Assembly (NCBI GenBank): GCA_000004985.1
Contig: GG738909.1
Direction: 5' to 3' (one strand)
Length of the DNA: 64,000 nt
Origin: Naegleria gruberi
Lineage: Eukaryota
Shown here: in pieces, positions 11,220-21,361 of the stretch
Numbering within the stretch: the first letter of the stretch is position 1
How the letters are laid out: every line of letters starts with the position of its first letter
Made by a program: the position numbers and the translations under genes
Notes under the pieces: generated by a model
The model's input: the letters and a program-made list of their open reading frames with translations, nothing else
Told to the model about the DNA's origin: nothing
Database searches by the model: none

Positions 11220-12704
11220 TCACTCAATAAAACCATAATTTTTCTTTTTCAGTTGCTTTTTCATACGTTTCAGATACTTGTTTCCATTGTCTATTCCATT
11301 ATCATATACATTTAAATGTTTTAATTTCTTCATTTTGGATAGGTATTTCACTCCTGAATCTTCAATAAAATTCTCAGAAATATCCAGACGTGTTAAGTGT
11401 TTCAATTTAGATAAGGATTTAGCACCTTCAGTTTCAATACTATTTCTATGAACATCAAGTTCAGTCAATTTTTCCAGCTTGCTTATAGATTCAGCTCCTT
11501 CATTTCCAATTGAAATTTCAGAAATCCAAAGTTTAATCAATTGATTCAATCCACTTATTAGTTTTGCCCCCTCATCTCCTAAATTATTAGCTGATATATC
11601 TAAAAAAGTTAAATTTGTCATTTCACTAATTGATTTGGTGCCATCTATTCCTATTAAAGTTGAGTGCATATAAAGTGTTTTCAATTGTTTCATTTCACTT
11701 ATTACCTTTGCACCAGCGTCACCAATCCAGTTGTCACCAATATTCAGACTGATCAGTTGTTTCAAAGAGGTTATTGATTGGACTCCATCAACTGAAACAA
11801 TTTGTATTGCATGAGCTGACAAATTAGTTAATTGTTTCAATTCACATATAAACTTAATTCCTTCCTCATCAATTCCATTTAATCCAACACTCAGATCAGT
11901 CAAATTTTTCATTTGACTAATACATTTGCATCCTTCTGTCCTTATTTCGTTATGATCTATGTCAAGTTTTGTTAGTTGACTTAGTTCTATCAAAGATTTT
12001 ACACCACTATCATCAATACCATTTTCACTTATTTCAAGGCTTGTCAATTGTTTCATTCCAATCATTGATTCAATACCCAAGTTTGTGATCTTACACTTAC
12101 TAATATTTAGAATAGTCAGTTTTTCAAGTTTTGATAAATATTCAACAGCCTTATAACCAATATCATTATAGCCAATACTCAATTCCGTAAGATTAATCAA
12201 ATTACCAATTGATTGAGTTGCTTCCGAACTAATCACATTACTTATCAGATCAAGTTTCTTCAATTGGTCCATCTTACTAATAATTTTAGCACCATCATCA
12301 TCAATTAAATAGGAATCAAATACCAGAGTTTGCAAATTCTTAAACTTCCCAAATACCTTTAAACTTTCATTACATATTTTCGATTCCTCCGTAAAGTGCA
12401 CTCCACAAATACATTCCAAAAATTGGCTCCTTTCCATTAATTTAATTCTTTCCTCATCAATGGGCTGTTTAAATTTCAAATAAATTTCCGAACGTTCCTT
12501 GATTACTCTCATCCATTGTCTTGATATACGAGTGTAATTTTTCAAAACAAACCAATTTGAATATTTACCTCCTATAAGAAAGGAAATAATTTCAAAACAA
12601 ATGTCATCGGGAAATTCTTTAATTTCATGCTGATGACTGATTATTACTTGGTTATTCTCTTCTGTGAAGTTGGGATCAATTCCTGTTTCTCGTAATCGTT
12701 TCAT
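11220..12704 (-). CDS. F-box-like / RNI-type leucine-rich repeat protein
   Basis: Likely ATG at 12702-12704 (MKRLRETGIDPNF...). The ORF-track start at 12911 reads through the tRNA-Gln gene and is not credible. N-terminal F-box-like segment IKEFPDDICFEIISFL. About 12 RNI-like LRRs (LTELSIGYNDIGYKAVEYLSKLEKLTILNISKCKITNLGIESM...). TGA at 11220-11222. Confidence 0.75.
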   Translation of the reverse strand: MKRLRETGIDPNFTEENNQVIISHQHEIKEFPDDICFEIISFLIGGKYSNWFVLKNYTRISRQWMRVIKERSEIYLKFKQPIDEERIKLMERSQFLECICGVHFTEESKICNESLKVFGKFKNLQTLVFDSYLIDDDGAKIISKMDQLKKLDLISNVISSEATQSIGNLINLTELSIGYNDIGYKAVEYLSKLEKLTILNISKCKITNLGIESMIGMKQLTSLEISENGIDDSGVKSLIELSQLTKLDIDHNEIRTEGCKCISQMKNLTDLSVGLNGIDEEGIKFICELKQLTNLSAHAIQIVSVDGVQSITSLKQLISLNIGDNWIGDAGAKVISEMKQLKTLYMHSTLIGIDGTKSISEMTNLTFLDISANNLGDEGAKLISGLNQLIKLWISEISIGNEGAESISKLEKLTELDVHRNSIETEGAKSLSKLKHLTRLDISENFIEDSGVKYLSKMKKLKHLNVYDNGIDNGNKYLKRMKKQLKKKNYGFIE

Positions 12705-12811
12705 TTTTTTTATTGTAAAAACAAATCGACTCTTTCGCAATAGCAGCGAGCCAAAACCAAGCCTAACCTTAATTGATGTAAGATTTACTGCCTTTTTACA
12801 ATAATGTGCTC

Positions 12812-12882
12812 GTCTCGTGGTGTAATGGTAGCATAGTGGACTTTGAATCCATTGACGGAGGTTCGATTCCTCCCGAGACGGT
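12812..12882 (+). tRNA. tRNA-Gln (anticodon TTG)
   Basis: cgtctcg tg gtgtaatggtagcat a gtgga ctTTGaa tccat tgac ggaggttcgattcctcc cgagacg g. 7-bp acceptor stem, D-arm GTGTAATGGT, anticodon loop cttTTGaa, T-arm GGTTCGATTCC. The overall sequence closely resembles eukaryotic tRNA-Gln(UUG). Confidence 0.85.
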
Positions 12883-13237
12883 AAACGTGGCGAGCCATAC
12901 GAATTTTGCATGTGGACGATAACTATTTTTTTACTTTCCTGGTATAGCCATTTCTTGAAATACCATTAGAATCGAAAATATTAATTGGGTTTTTTGAAAT
13001 TGTTCAGATATTTATGTAATGTACAAAAGGAATTCAAAGAAGAGGAATATTAACTTTCTATTGGAATTCTAGTGATATTTTTGAGACTTTGCATATTTCT
13101 ATTGGGAATACTATTTTGGACGCTTTTCAGTTTAACAATATCTTTAGAAATTCGTTCCTATTGCGATAAAGGAATATTCTTTATATTCATTGTATTAAGG
13201 GAAAATTGTTCATATTTCACATTGTAAGTAACTGAAT

Positions 13238-13355
13238 GGCTACGGCCATATCACGATGAATGCACCTCATCCCGTCCGATTTGAGAAGTTAAGCATCGTC
13301 GAGCCACATCAGTACTGAGGTTGGAGACAACTTGGGAACCTGTGGTGCTCTAGTC
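13238..13355 (+). rRNA. 5S ribosomal RNA, copy 2
   Basis: Identical to copy 1 (2416..2533) except g->c 5 nt from the 3' end. Followed by ttttt at 13356..13360. Confidence 0.9.
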
Positions 13356-13504
13356 TTTTTATATTCATTTTGACTTTTGTGAAATTAGTCTTGGTTTTTA
13401 TTCATTTAATACTTGAATTAATACTATTGATAGCTATGTAAAAAATATTTTAAAATAATTTCCTGAAACATTCATGAATAGTGTATATTTACTTTGAATA
13501 TAAT

Positions 13505-13577
13505 GGGGATGTAGCTCACATGGTAGAGCGCTTCTTTAGCATGGAAGAGGTACGGGGATCGATACCCCGCATCTCCA
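13505..13577 (+). tRNA. tRNA-Ala (anticodon AGC)
   Basis: ggggatg ta gctc acatggta gagc g cttct ttAGCat ggaag aggt acggggatcgataccccg catctcc a. G3:U70 identity pair present. Anticodon loop ttAGCat. Confidence 0.9.
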
Positions 13578-13905
13578 CTTCTATCTTTTTTGTACTTTTT
13601 ACAGCACATTAATTATTTACTGTTCTTTGCATGTTCCTTGACCACATGAAACTCTACACAAAAACTATTTATTCGATTGAAAACCAATAAACTACCACAT
13701 TAAACTCTAAAAAAATGCAAGTATTTGAATTTAAGAAATCCATTAAGAACAATCCATTCGCCCTTACAACCGATTCCTTAACAATTTTGTTGAACAAGAT
13801 TATTTAGCAGAGGCGTTATTTGCTTTATACTTTTTAATAGAGAATGAAAGTTCATTTCCTATCACTATTACTTTCTTAAAGTTCCATGAATTGAATAGGG
13901 AAGAA

Positions 13906-14688
13906 ATGGATTATCTAAATGAGCACTGTCCTAGATTTGGAATTACTGACGAACACATTAGCATGTATTCAGATATTGCAGAGAGATACATTTCCTTTGA
14001 TAAGTATAGTACATGCCCAATTGTTTCTGTATTGCAAAAAGAACTTCCTTTCGTTCATAGTGTTTCAGCAAGTCCAAATCAATTTTCACATGGAAAGACA
14101 GATTTGGTTATTAAGAAATATTCCTTTGAGAAAAGTTATGAGTATGTGATTAATGAGCTAGAATTTCATAGAAAGTATAGTCATCCAAATATATAGTACC
14201 ATATTAGTTTAAAAAAGGATGAAATTACTCTGGTCATGGAATACAAGAATGGAACTGGTTATACACCAAAGAATTTTAAAGATATTCAAAGTTACATGAG
14301 TCAATTATTGAATGCATGTGCCTACATGAGACATAATTTTGTAACTCATCACAATTTGAAACCTGATAATATCGTTTATGATAGAAATGATTCAGTGCTG
14401 AAAATAATTGATGTTGAATATTGTAGACATGTTGCTGGACGATTTAATATTGGAAATCCATTTTACAAAGCTCCTGAAAAAGAGAATTACGGCACTGTAG
14501 GACCATCCTCTGATATGTACAGTGTTGGAATTATTTTTCGAAATATTGTTAAATCTAATTATTATGAAAAGACAAGAGAATCAGGTCAATTAGCAGATGC
14601 TTTGATTTTGAAAATGCTTTCGAAATATAAGGAGGTCAGAATTGATCCATTAAGAGCACTTGAACATGAATTTTTTACAATAAATTAA
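13906..14688 (+). pseudogene. Protein-kinase-like gene with degenerate catalytic motifs and an in-frame TAG (14194..14196)
   Basis: Kinase fold is recognisable (…HRKYSHPNI | YHISLKKDEITLVMEYKNG…, HHNLKPDNIVYD, IDVEY, YKAPE, DMYSVGII). No Gly-rich loop (GKTDLVIKKY). HRD becomes HHN (catalytic Asp to Asn). DFG becomes DVE. One in-frame TAG interrupts subdomain IV-V at 14194-14196. No GT-AG intron of length divisible by 3 can remove it. TAG is used as a true stop elsewhere in this window (TPS and SMYD genes). Confidence 0.6.
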
Positions 14689-15129
14689 TTTGATTGAAGA
14701 CCAATCAGAGCAGCTGCAGATTGTTATACGAGAAGGAGTTCTTCGGGATGTTCTGTTGACTGTGCTTGTTTTATGTGGAAAGGAGTGAGTGAATTCAATT
14801 TGAATCATGATTTGAAGATTTACACAACAAGTCATAATCATGAAGGTATTGGTTTTGTTGGTGGATTCATGTTAATGTTAGATAAGTATCAATTCACTCA
14901 AATTGGAACCTTGTCTAGAAGTGAATTTCCCTGCAGGAGGAACTAGTGCAATAATTCCATCTGGTGCGAATATTCTCAAGAATGATTATACACTTACTGC
15001 ATTACTATTTGGAAAATTGATTTATTTGTTTGAATTGAATGAGAAAAAGTTTGTGAATCTCCATAAATATGAAGATTGCCAAATCGAAAAAGATGTAAAT
15101 TAAAAAGTGTAAACTATTCTAAGAAGAAT

Positions 15130-16176
15130 TTATTGCTTTACAAAAAGTGCCCAATCAACTCTTGGAATGATGCTGTCATTTGAGTTATTGTGCAATCTGG
15201 CACACATATGTCCTGCATACAATTCAGTCTTGTAAATTGTTCCATTATCATCAACAGTTACAGGAACAGATACGTAACCTCTTGAAATATCTTGCATGTC
15301 CATGATTGGCCACTCACTTTTAACATCTTTAGCTGATTTTACATCTCCTCTCCAAACACCAGCATCAGAAAATGCAGAAAAAACTCCAATCCATCCACTG
15401 ATATAGGTTGGTCCTGATCCTCCTCCAAATACATGAGCAATTCTGTTCCACCACTTGGTATCTGGATTACCAGAGGCACTTTTAACAAATTGCTCCAAAA
15501 CAGGAAGCAACATGTCAGACCACTTTTTCATAAGTTTGGCCTTTGTATCAAATTCAATTAATCTCTTTGCCCTTTCGTACAAATTTTGCCAATCTTCTTT
15601 CTCTCCCAATAAGGTTACACTTGGTAAGCCACAACGCAAAACATACTTGTAATCAAAGTAGTTCTTGGTTGTTGACATTAACACAACAGCACCAACCATT
15701 TTTTCCAAATTTGTTGTGGTAGAAAAATCTGGCATGATCCAATCTCTCACTGATGGATCTTTGATATTCTTTGCAATTTGTTCAGTCATTCTCAAAGTTA
15801 AATCCGCACAATCGGCAGTGAAGAGAGTTCCACCTCCCACAACAACCAATTCCTTTTTACCATCAAAGTCAACAAATTTGCTTCTCAATTCTTCTGATTT
15901 TGAGTTGACATAATTAGCAAATTGAGTTGCAATTGCAATCCAAACATCATCAGGTCTAATGACTAAATTATGATGTTCTGAATATGCCAAAATTGCTGAG
16001 TGAATAAATGAATTATTTCCAACTGTCAGGAAATCAGGACTTGAGCTACAGCTTGATTTTACCAAGGTGAATTTTTCCTTGGTTTTTGTTGGATCGGGAA
16101 GAATCTGCTTGATCTCAAAAGCTGGAAGGGAAACTTCGTTTGGTTTCTTTGTGGAGACAGTAAATGTGATGGGCAT
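15130..16176 (-). CDS. Conserved protein of unknown function (348 aa), possibly DUF4419-like
   Basis: Intronless ORF, ATG at 16174-16176, TAA at 15130-15132. No recognisable catalytic motif. Segments such as [27 protein letters not shown] and [19 protein letters not shown] recall the fungal/protist DUF4419 family. That family assignment is from memory and is unverified. Same strand as the terpene synthase, 198 nt downstream of it. Confidence 0.55.
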   Translation of the reverse strand: MPITFTVSTKKPNEVSLPAFEIKQILPDPTKTKEKFTLVKSSCSSSPDFLTVGNNSFIHSAILAYSEHHNLVIRPDDVWIAIATQFANYVNSKSEELRSKFVDFDGKKELVVVGGGTLFTADCADLTLRMTEQIAKNIKDPSVRDWIMPDFSTTTNLEKMVGAVVLMSTTKNYFDYKYVLRCGLPSVTLLGEKEDWQNLYERAKRLIEFDTKAKLMKKWSDMLLPVLEQFVKSASGNPDTKWWNRIAHVFGGGSGPTYISGWIGVFSAFSDAGVWRGDVKSAKDVKSEWPIMDMQDISRGYVSVPVTVDDNGTIYKTELYAGHMCARLHNNSNDSIIPRVDWALFVKQ

Positions 16177-16373
16177 ATTTTTTTTCAGTGTGTTGTTTAA
16201 CCAAGTTCCAAATCACAAGTCAACCAAAAATTGACATTCAAAATTGAAATGTTACTGAATTGACATTACAAAGACAAAGGAAGAAGAAGTATTGATAAAA
16301 GTTATTAAAAGGTACTACTTCCATTCATATTGTTATTTAATTTTGTGAGGAATTTACATGAATTTATTTACAA

Positions 16374-17543
16374 CTAATTAGTGAGTGAAAAAGTGCAAAA
16401 TTTGCAGATCGAGTAAGCAAATGAGTCCAATATGCATGAAAAGGAGGATTTCTTCATGGAATTTTCAATATCATCAAGATAGGTGAGCATATCATTATCA
16501 GACCAAGGTTTGAGGAATGGCATTAACACAGTTTCAATCATTGTCTTGATTACTGATTTCTTGGAGTGGTATTCAGGAAGGAGGTGGTTGGAATGTTGAA
16601 ATCTCTTTGAAATGATGCACCAAGTACAATATCCATTCATTACTTCATCGATGGATTCAAATTGTTTGGAATTGTCTGGGTTGGAAGATTTGATTGTTTC
16701 CATTCGCTGCAATTTCTCTTTGATTAATTCCAATACTTCATTGAGGGATGACTCAAAATCTTCAACTGGGAGTTCTTTTAGTTGGCTGTATGACAAGCCC
16801 TCCTTGAATCCCTTATTCAAAATGATAAAATTGTTAACTACCTTCTTGGCATCTTTAGCGATTGAGGCAACATCATTGAACAAACTGATAATGTCACAAG
16901 CCAAGTGGTTATATTCGATTACATGATCACATGTGTCGATTTCTGGAATGCCTTTAAAGAAATTATTAATTGTAAAGAAAAGAGAGGACATTGAGTCGAC
17001 TCTTCTCTCTTCCAAAAAGGCAAGTAAGGTTTCTTCTGAGACTAGTCCATTATTTTCACATTCATTCTTTGCCTTCTCTATGAGATTGGTTCCAATAGTC
17101 AAGAATTCCAAAACCTTTCCTCTGATACCATCGAATCTACTGTCTTTGATCAGATTATAGACGAGCGTCCCCATCTTATGAGCAGGATTTGTTGCTTGTA
17201 CTGATTCACCTCTGAATATCTTGCAATGTGATTTCATCTCTTCAATAGAAATGTCTGTAATCTTCTCGTCACATGCATCATCAACAATGGAAATGTATGC
17301 AACCAAAGGAATTACAATCTCTGCAAATAACTTTTCGTCTTCTTTGACCATAGTATTAAAGCAGAGAACCAACCACTGTGAAAGATCATATGATCCACAG
17401 TATGTGTACTTGTTGTCTCTGAATTGTAAATCGTTACCAATTAGATTGCTGAAAAGGAGAGAACAATGTTGATCAGATTTCTTCTTATCCAAAGGAACGA
17501 AAATTGCTGACTTGATTTGATTAAAATTGACTTGGGCTTGCAT
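16374..17543 (-). CDS. Microbial-type class I terpene synthase (389 aa)
   Basis: Likely ATG at 17541-17543 (MQAQVNFNQ...). The ORF-track start at 17651 is a GTG. Asp-rich motif IVDDACDEK (DDxxD/E) about 90 aa from the N-terminus. NSE/DTE motif FNDVASIAKD about 140 aa downstream. Length and spacing are typical of fungal and amoebozoan sesquiterpene synthases. TAG stop at 16374-16376. Confidence 0.75.
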   Translation of the reverse strand: MQAQVNFNQIKSAIFVPLDKKKSDQHCSLLFSNLIGNDLQFRDNKYTYCGSYDLSQWLVLCFNTMVKEDEKLFAEIVIPLVAYISIVDDACDEKITDISIEEMKSHCKIFRGESVQATNPAHKMGTLVYNLIKDSRFDGIRGKVLEFLTIGTNLIEKAKNECENNGLVSEETLLAFLEERRVDSMSSLFFTINNFFKGIPEIDTCDHVIEYNHLACDIISLFNDVASIAKDAKKVVNNFIILNKGFKEGLSYSQLKELPVEDFESSLNEVLELIKEKLQRMETIKSSNPDNSKQFESIDEVMNGYCTWCIISKRFQHSNHLLPEYHSKKSVIKTMIETVLMPFLKPWSDNDMLTYLDDIENSMKKSSFSCILDSFAYSICKFCTFSLTN

Positions 17544-17768
17544 TTTGGTTGTTGTTGTGTGAAATATATTATTGTTTGGTTGTTTTTTTTTGTTGTGAAA
17601 TACAGCTATCTGATCGTGTGTTAATAATAGCTTAATGCAAAATATTTTCACCCACTTTTGCTTGAAGCAAGTTTTTTTGCGACGGATGGTATCTTGCTAC
17701 AAATATCTTTGCTTCAAAACCACCCGAAAATATTCAATCATATGTTGTTTAAATTTTATTAACCAGAT

Positions 17769-17859
17769 GGTGAGTTGGTCGAGTGGTCTAAGACGACACG
17801 TTAAGGTATGCCTAATACCGTGTTCCGCAAGGGCGTGGGTTCAAATCCCACACTCATCA
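17769..17859 (+). tRNA. Class II tRNA, probably tRNA-Leu (anticodon AAG), with a probable 11-nt intron
   Basis: ggtgagt tg gtc gagtggtctaa gac ga acacg ttAAGg [tatgcctaata] c cgtgt tccgcaagggc gtggg ttcaaat cccac actcatc a. 7-bp acceptor stem with one G-U pair. 3-bp D-stem with the GAGTGGTCTAA loop typical of Leu/Ser. 11-nt variable arm. The anticodon stem acacg/cgtgt encloses 18 nt, consistent with a 7-nt loop plus an intron after position 37. Followed by a T-run (ttttttatct). The anticodon and intron assignment is an inference. Confidence 0.7.
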
Positions 17860-18035
17860 ATTTTTTATCTCATCTCAAGCTGATCAATTTGAAAAGTGAA
17901 GTATTCAGAATATTGTATTTTATAGAGCAACTGAACTGAATGAAGAATAATGATATTAGTGTTCGTAGGTGATTGGTTTCAAAGATTAAGAAAGGTGAAA
18001 TATTCCAAAATGAAAAAACTTAAATACTTTTTACT

Positions 18036-19709
18036 CTACTTTTTCTTGTAGTTTTGCATCAACTTTGTCTGTATTTTGTTACAACCATCCTTTTCACACT
18101 TTTCACATTCACAAACAAAAATATAGGGAAGAATAGACTCTGCTCTCTTCTGGGCACTCAGTGAAGGATTCACATAGGAAATAAACAATTGTTCACCTTT
18201 CTTAATCTTTCTCAAAGCTACCAAAGAGCATTTTCCATTTTCGTATCTATATTCCACATTTGGAACACAACTGTGATTCGTGTATACAATTGTTTTTGGA
18301 AGTGTTGAACTAAGAGCAACACCATTAGACATTGCATCACCATATTTAAAACTGTTATTTCCAATCTTATCCAATGATACATGATAGCTCAGTTTTCCAA
18401 TTAAATCATTTAAAATATTTGGCCAAGCAATTAAGCATTTAAAACTTGAATTATTTTCTTCTAATTTTTCAATAAACTGAACATATCTAATCTCTTGTTG
18501 TTTTAATTCACCTTGTGGATAAACTATCTGCAATAACATCCCCAAAAACTTGATAGCATACAAATGATTCTTTGCTGAATTAGTGCTGCCACTGACAATC
18601 ATCTTGTTTATATTCCTCATATCAAAGCCACACAATTTTCTATGATATTTATCCCATGCTTCACTTCTACATTCCATTGAACAATAATATTCCATTCCAC
18701 AATTGTTTTTGCATGGTATTTTCTTTTTAAGCTTATTCAAGCAATTATTGCAAGTATTTTCAGTGTCCAATGTAACACATAGAAATGGTTTCTCAGAAAG
18801 AACTACTTGCCCAGATTTCAATTCACTCGATGCATACATGCCTCTGCCATATTGTTCAGTAGTTATAACATGTGCATGGAGGGGTGAGCACTCTTTCAAT
18901 AGACCTTGTACAACTTGGTCGTCTGTTTCAGTTCGATTGCCAAGAATGTTTTCTAATTTTCTTTTGAAAGTTGGAATTGGAAATTTAAAATCAAGAGGTT
19001 GAGATGGTGTTTGATCATTTTGATTTGTTTTAATTTCATTGAGTATCCAATCTTTCTTTTCGTTCAATTGTTTTGTTTTTTCATTCTCAATCGATTGGAT
19101 TTGATAATTTTGAATTTGAACATTGATGTTTTGAAGAGCAAGTGTATAATTTTTCATTGCTATAAAGGCATTAATCATTCCATCAACTGCATCATCACCT
19201 TGTTCCAAACTTTGTGGGAATTCCAGCTTTTCCAAAACAAAAAACGAATCCAAAAGTGCCATTGCTGGATATCCTAAAGCAATTAATATTTTGGCTCTAC
19301 AATTTAAGGCCATCTTTAAATGTTCATAGACATAATGTGGACCAATCGAATCATTAGTATTGGAAGAATCACTTGGACTATCTGTTGATTGTAATTCTCT
19401 GTATAGAAATTTACTATATTTAACAATTCTTCGTTGAAAGAATGTTTGTTGTTGATTGACCCTCTTGAGAGTTAAATCGGTTGTTTCTTCCTCTTCTTTG
19501 ATCATGGTTTTCATGGCTTTGGATTGAGCTTGTTCTACGAGTATTTGGATTGCCTTTTCAATTTCCTCATAGGCTTCAGGAAAAGATCCACTTTCAAATA
19601 GAGTATTCCCTTTAGTGAAGAAGGTCATGTAATTATTTTCTTCATCTTGTTGTTGTTGATTGGAAGGTTCAGTTGGAGGCAGATTTGTTATTGTTTCCAT
19701 TCCTTCCAT
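18036..19709 (-). CDS. SET and MYND domain protein (SMYD family lysine methyltransferase)
   Basis: ATG at 19707-19709. MYND zinc finger CNNCLNKLKKKIPCKNNCGMEYYCSMECRSEAWDKYHRKLC. SET core YTNHSCVPNVEY and post-SET Cys cluster FVCECEKCEKDGC. TAG stop at 18036-18038. Confidence 0.85.
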   Translation of the reverse strand: MEGMETITNLPPTEPSNQQQQDEENNYMTFFTKGNTLFESGSFPEAYEEIEKAIQILVEQAQSKAMKTMIKEEEETTDLTLKRVNQQQTFFQRRIVKYSKFLYRELQSTDSPSDSSNTNDSIGPHYVYEHLKMALNCRAKILIALGYPAMALLDSFFVLEKLEFPQSLEQGDDAVDGMINAFIAMKNYTLALQNINVQIQNYQIQSIENEKTKQLNEKKDWILNEIKTNQNDQTPSQPLDFKFPIPTFKRKLENILGNRTETDDQVVQGLLKECSPLHAHVITTEQYGRGMYASSELKSGQVVLSEKPFLCVTLDTENTCNNCLNKLKKKIPCKNNCGMEYYCSMECRSEAWDKYHRKLCGFDMRNINKMIVSGSTNSAKNHLYAIKFLGMLLQIVYPQGELKQQEIRYVQFIEKLEENNSSFKCLIAWPNILNDLIGKLSYHVSLDKIGNNSFKYGDAMSNGVALSSTLPKTIVYTNHSCVPNVEYRYENGKCSLVALRKIKKGEQLFISYVNPSLSAQKRAESILPYIFVCECEKCEKDGCNKIQTKLMQNYKKK

Positions 19710-21361
19710 ATTTGTGAAGATTTGGTTGTTATTGTAAAGGTATTTTGTTGTTATGGTTGTTCAGACACAAAGATTGAAATATTATTGATCAATTGTTGAT
19801 GACGGTATTTATTTGCGTTGGAAATGATCTATTTCACGGGTGGATTTGTTTATAGTGTTTTTTTTGGAAAAACAAGCAAGACTTTGTTCTTCAAGATTGA
19901 ATCTAAAATACGTGGTTAATTGTTAAAAGGAATCTTTTTGTTTGAATCTTTTTAGCGCCCAATCTCAAATATTTGAGAATATTGGAATAAACAGTTAAGT
20001 GAGTTTTTTGTTGTTATTTTAATTTTTCATCACGAAATTTTGCATCGCCAACCATGATTCGTTATTCTACTATTCTAATAGTGTTAATTTTTCTAACAGA
20101 ATTGTTTTATCCGCCTAAATGTTGCCTGTTTGTTTTGTTGGATTAGGAAAAGGAAATGGTCTACTGCACAACCAAGCCACAGGTTGAGTAACTGTAAATC
20201 GAGTTCAATATACCTTAGTCATAAAAACATCATATCAAAATCAACAAGAGGGAAAACTTGATTGTAAAATCACAATTAATCAATATTCCAGGTTAATTCT
20301 ATGTAAAAAAGCTGTGGCCTCATTCAAGATTAATTCGTGTAGTGCGCATAAGAATCCCACAAAATTCTTAACAATGTGGATTCTCGAAACAAAAAAACAA
20401 ATCAATAGTATTGGTTGTGCTGCCGACATTCACAATCATTATCAAATTCATTATCTTTTGATCATCCTCGGATTTGTGTTTTTTACATTCCCATTATTAT
20501 ATAAATAGTATTATCCTAATAGTATTTAAATAGTATTATTAATCTAGTGATAGTATTTTGCCTCTAAATTGTTCATCAACCTAAATATTAATATTAATTG
20601 TTATTACACAACATCAATAATATTGCCTGGCAGCACAATCAATCATATTCTAACCAATATAATTATTTGCCTCATATTCCTCCATTGTACCAACACTACA
20701 AAGAATCAAATCCAAAGCCTAATATTATTATCTAACAGACAATATTAATTCAATTTCTAATCCTCCCTCAATCCAACCCAATCTAATAACCAACCCAAAT
20801 CTCAAAAGCTTTTTGGTCATCCTCCAGAGTATTGATTTTGATCTTTCATTCAATCAAAATCCTGCACCTCAGTCAAAATCCCATACAACCTCATTTTGTG
20901 AGTTTTCTTTTTGATTGAACCGATTCCAACACCGCTACTTGGCGCCAATTTTTTTTGTCCAAATAAGTTGTGGTTCGTCCCTTATTATCCAGCCTGTTTT
21001 TCTACACTACCATAGAAGAGCAAAACAAAACTTGTTCTAGAATATTCATCCGGTCTATTCTGATATCAATATTTGTGTAATTTTACCTCCTCGCTCACTT
21101 TTAAACACTGAACAAAAATCAGAGTTCATTTGGCAAAACTTGGCTTCTCCTCTCTTACTTGTTCATAACTCGATTGGTGTTTTTTCATTCAGATATATAA
21201 TCCACTCACCAAGACACACAGAGATTTTGAACATTCCCCATTATTACTTCCCTATCCTTTCTTTAAAATCCAATCAAAAACCACTATCCGATCCAATTGA
21301 CGATAGAAACTTTTCCATAGCAAACCAACACAAGCTATTCTTAAATTCAGCAAACAAAAAA

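Noticed and set aside
12705-12911. N-terminal 69-codon extension of the LRR ORF (track start 12911)
   Set aside because: The extension runs through the tRNA-Gln gene and starts at a non-ATG codon. The first ATG with a plausible protein start (MKRLRE…) is at 12702..12704.
14185-14205. A tiny intron (gtaccatattag, 12 nt) or a stop-codon reassignment to explain the in-frame TAG in the kinase-like gene
   Set aside because: 12 nt is far below the intron size range here. TAG, TAA and TGA terminate conserved genes at the expected positions elsewhere in the window (e.g. TAG ends the terpene synthase and SMYD genes), so reassignment is not supported. I kept it as a pseudogene or error candidate.
17635-17883. 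82-aa plus-strand ORF overlapping the tRNA-Leu gene
   Set aside because: It is the tRNA sequence read as protein, with no codon bias and a non-ATG start.
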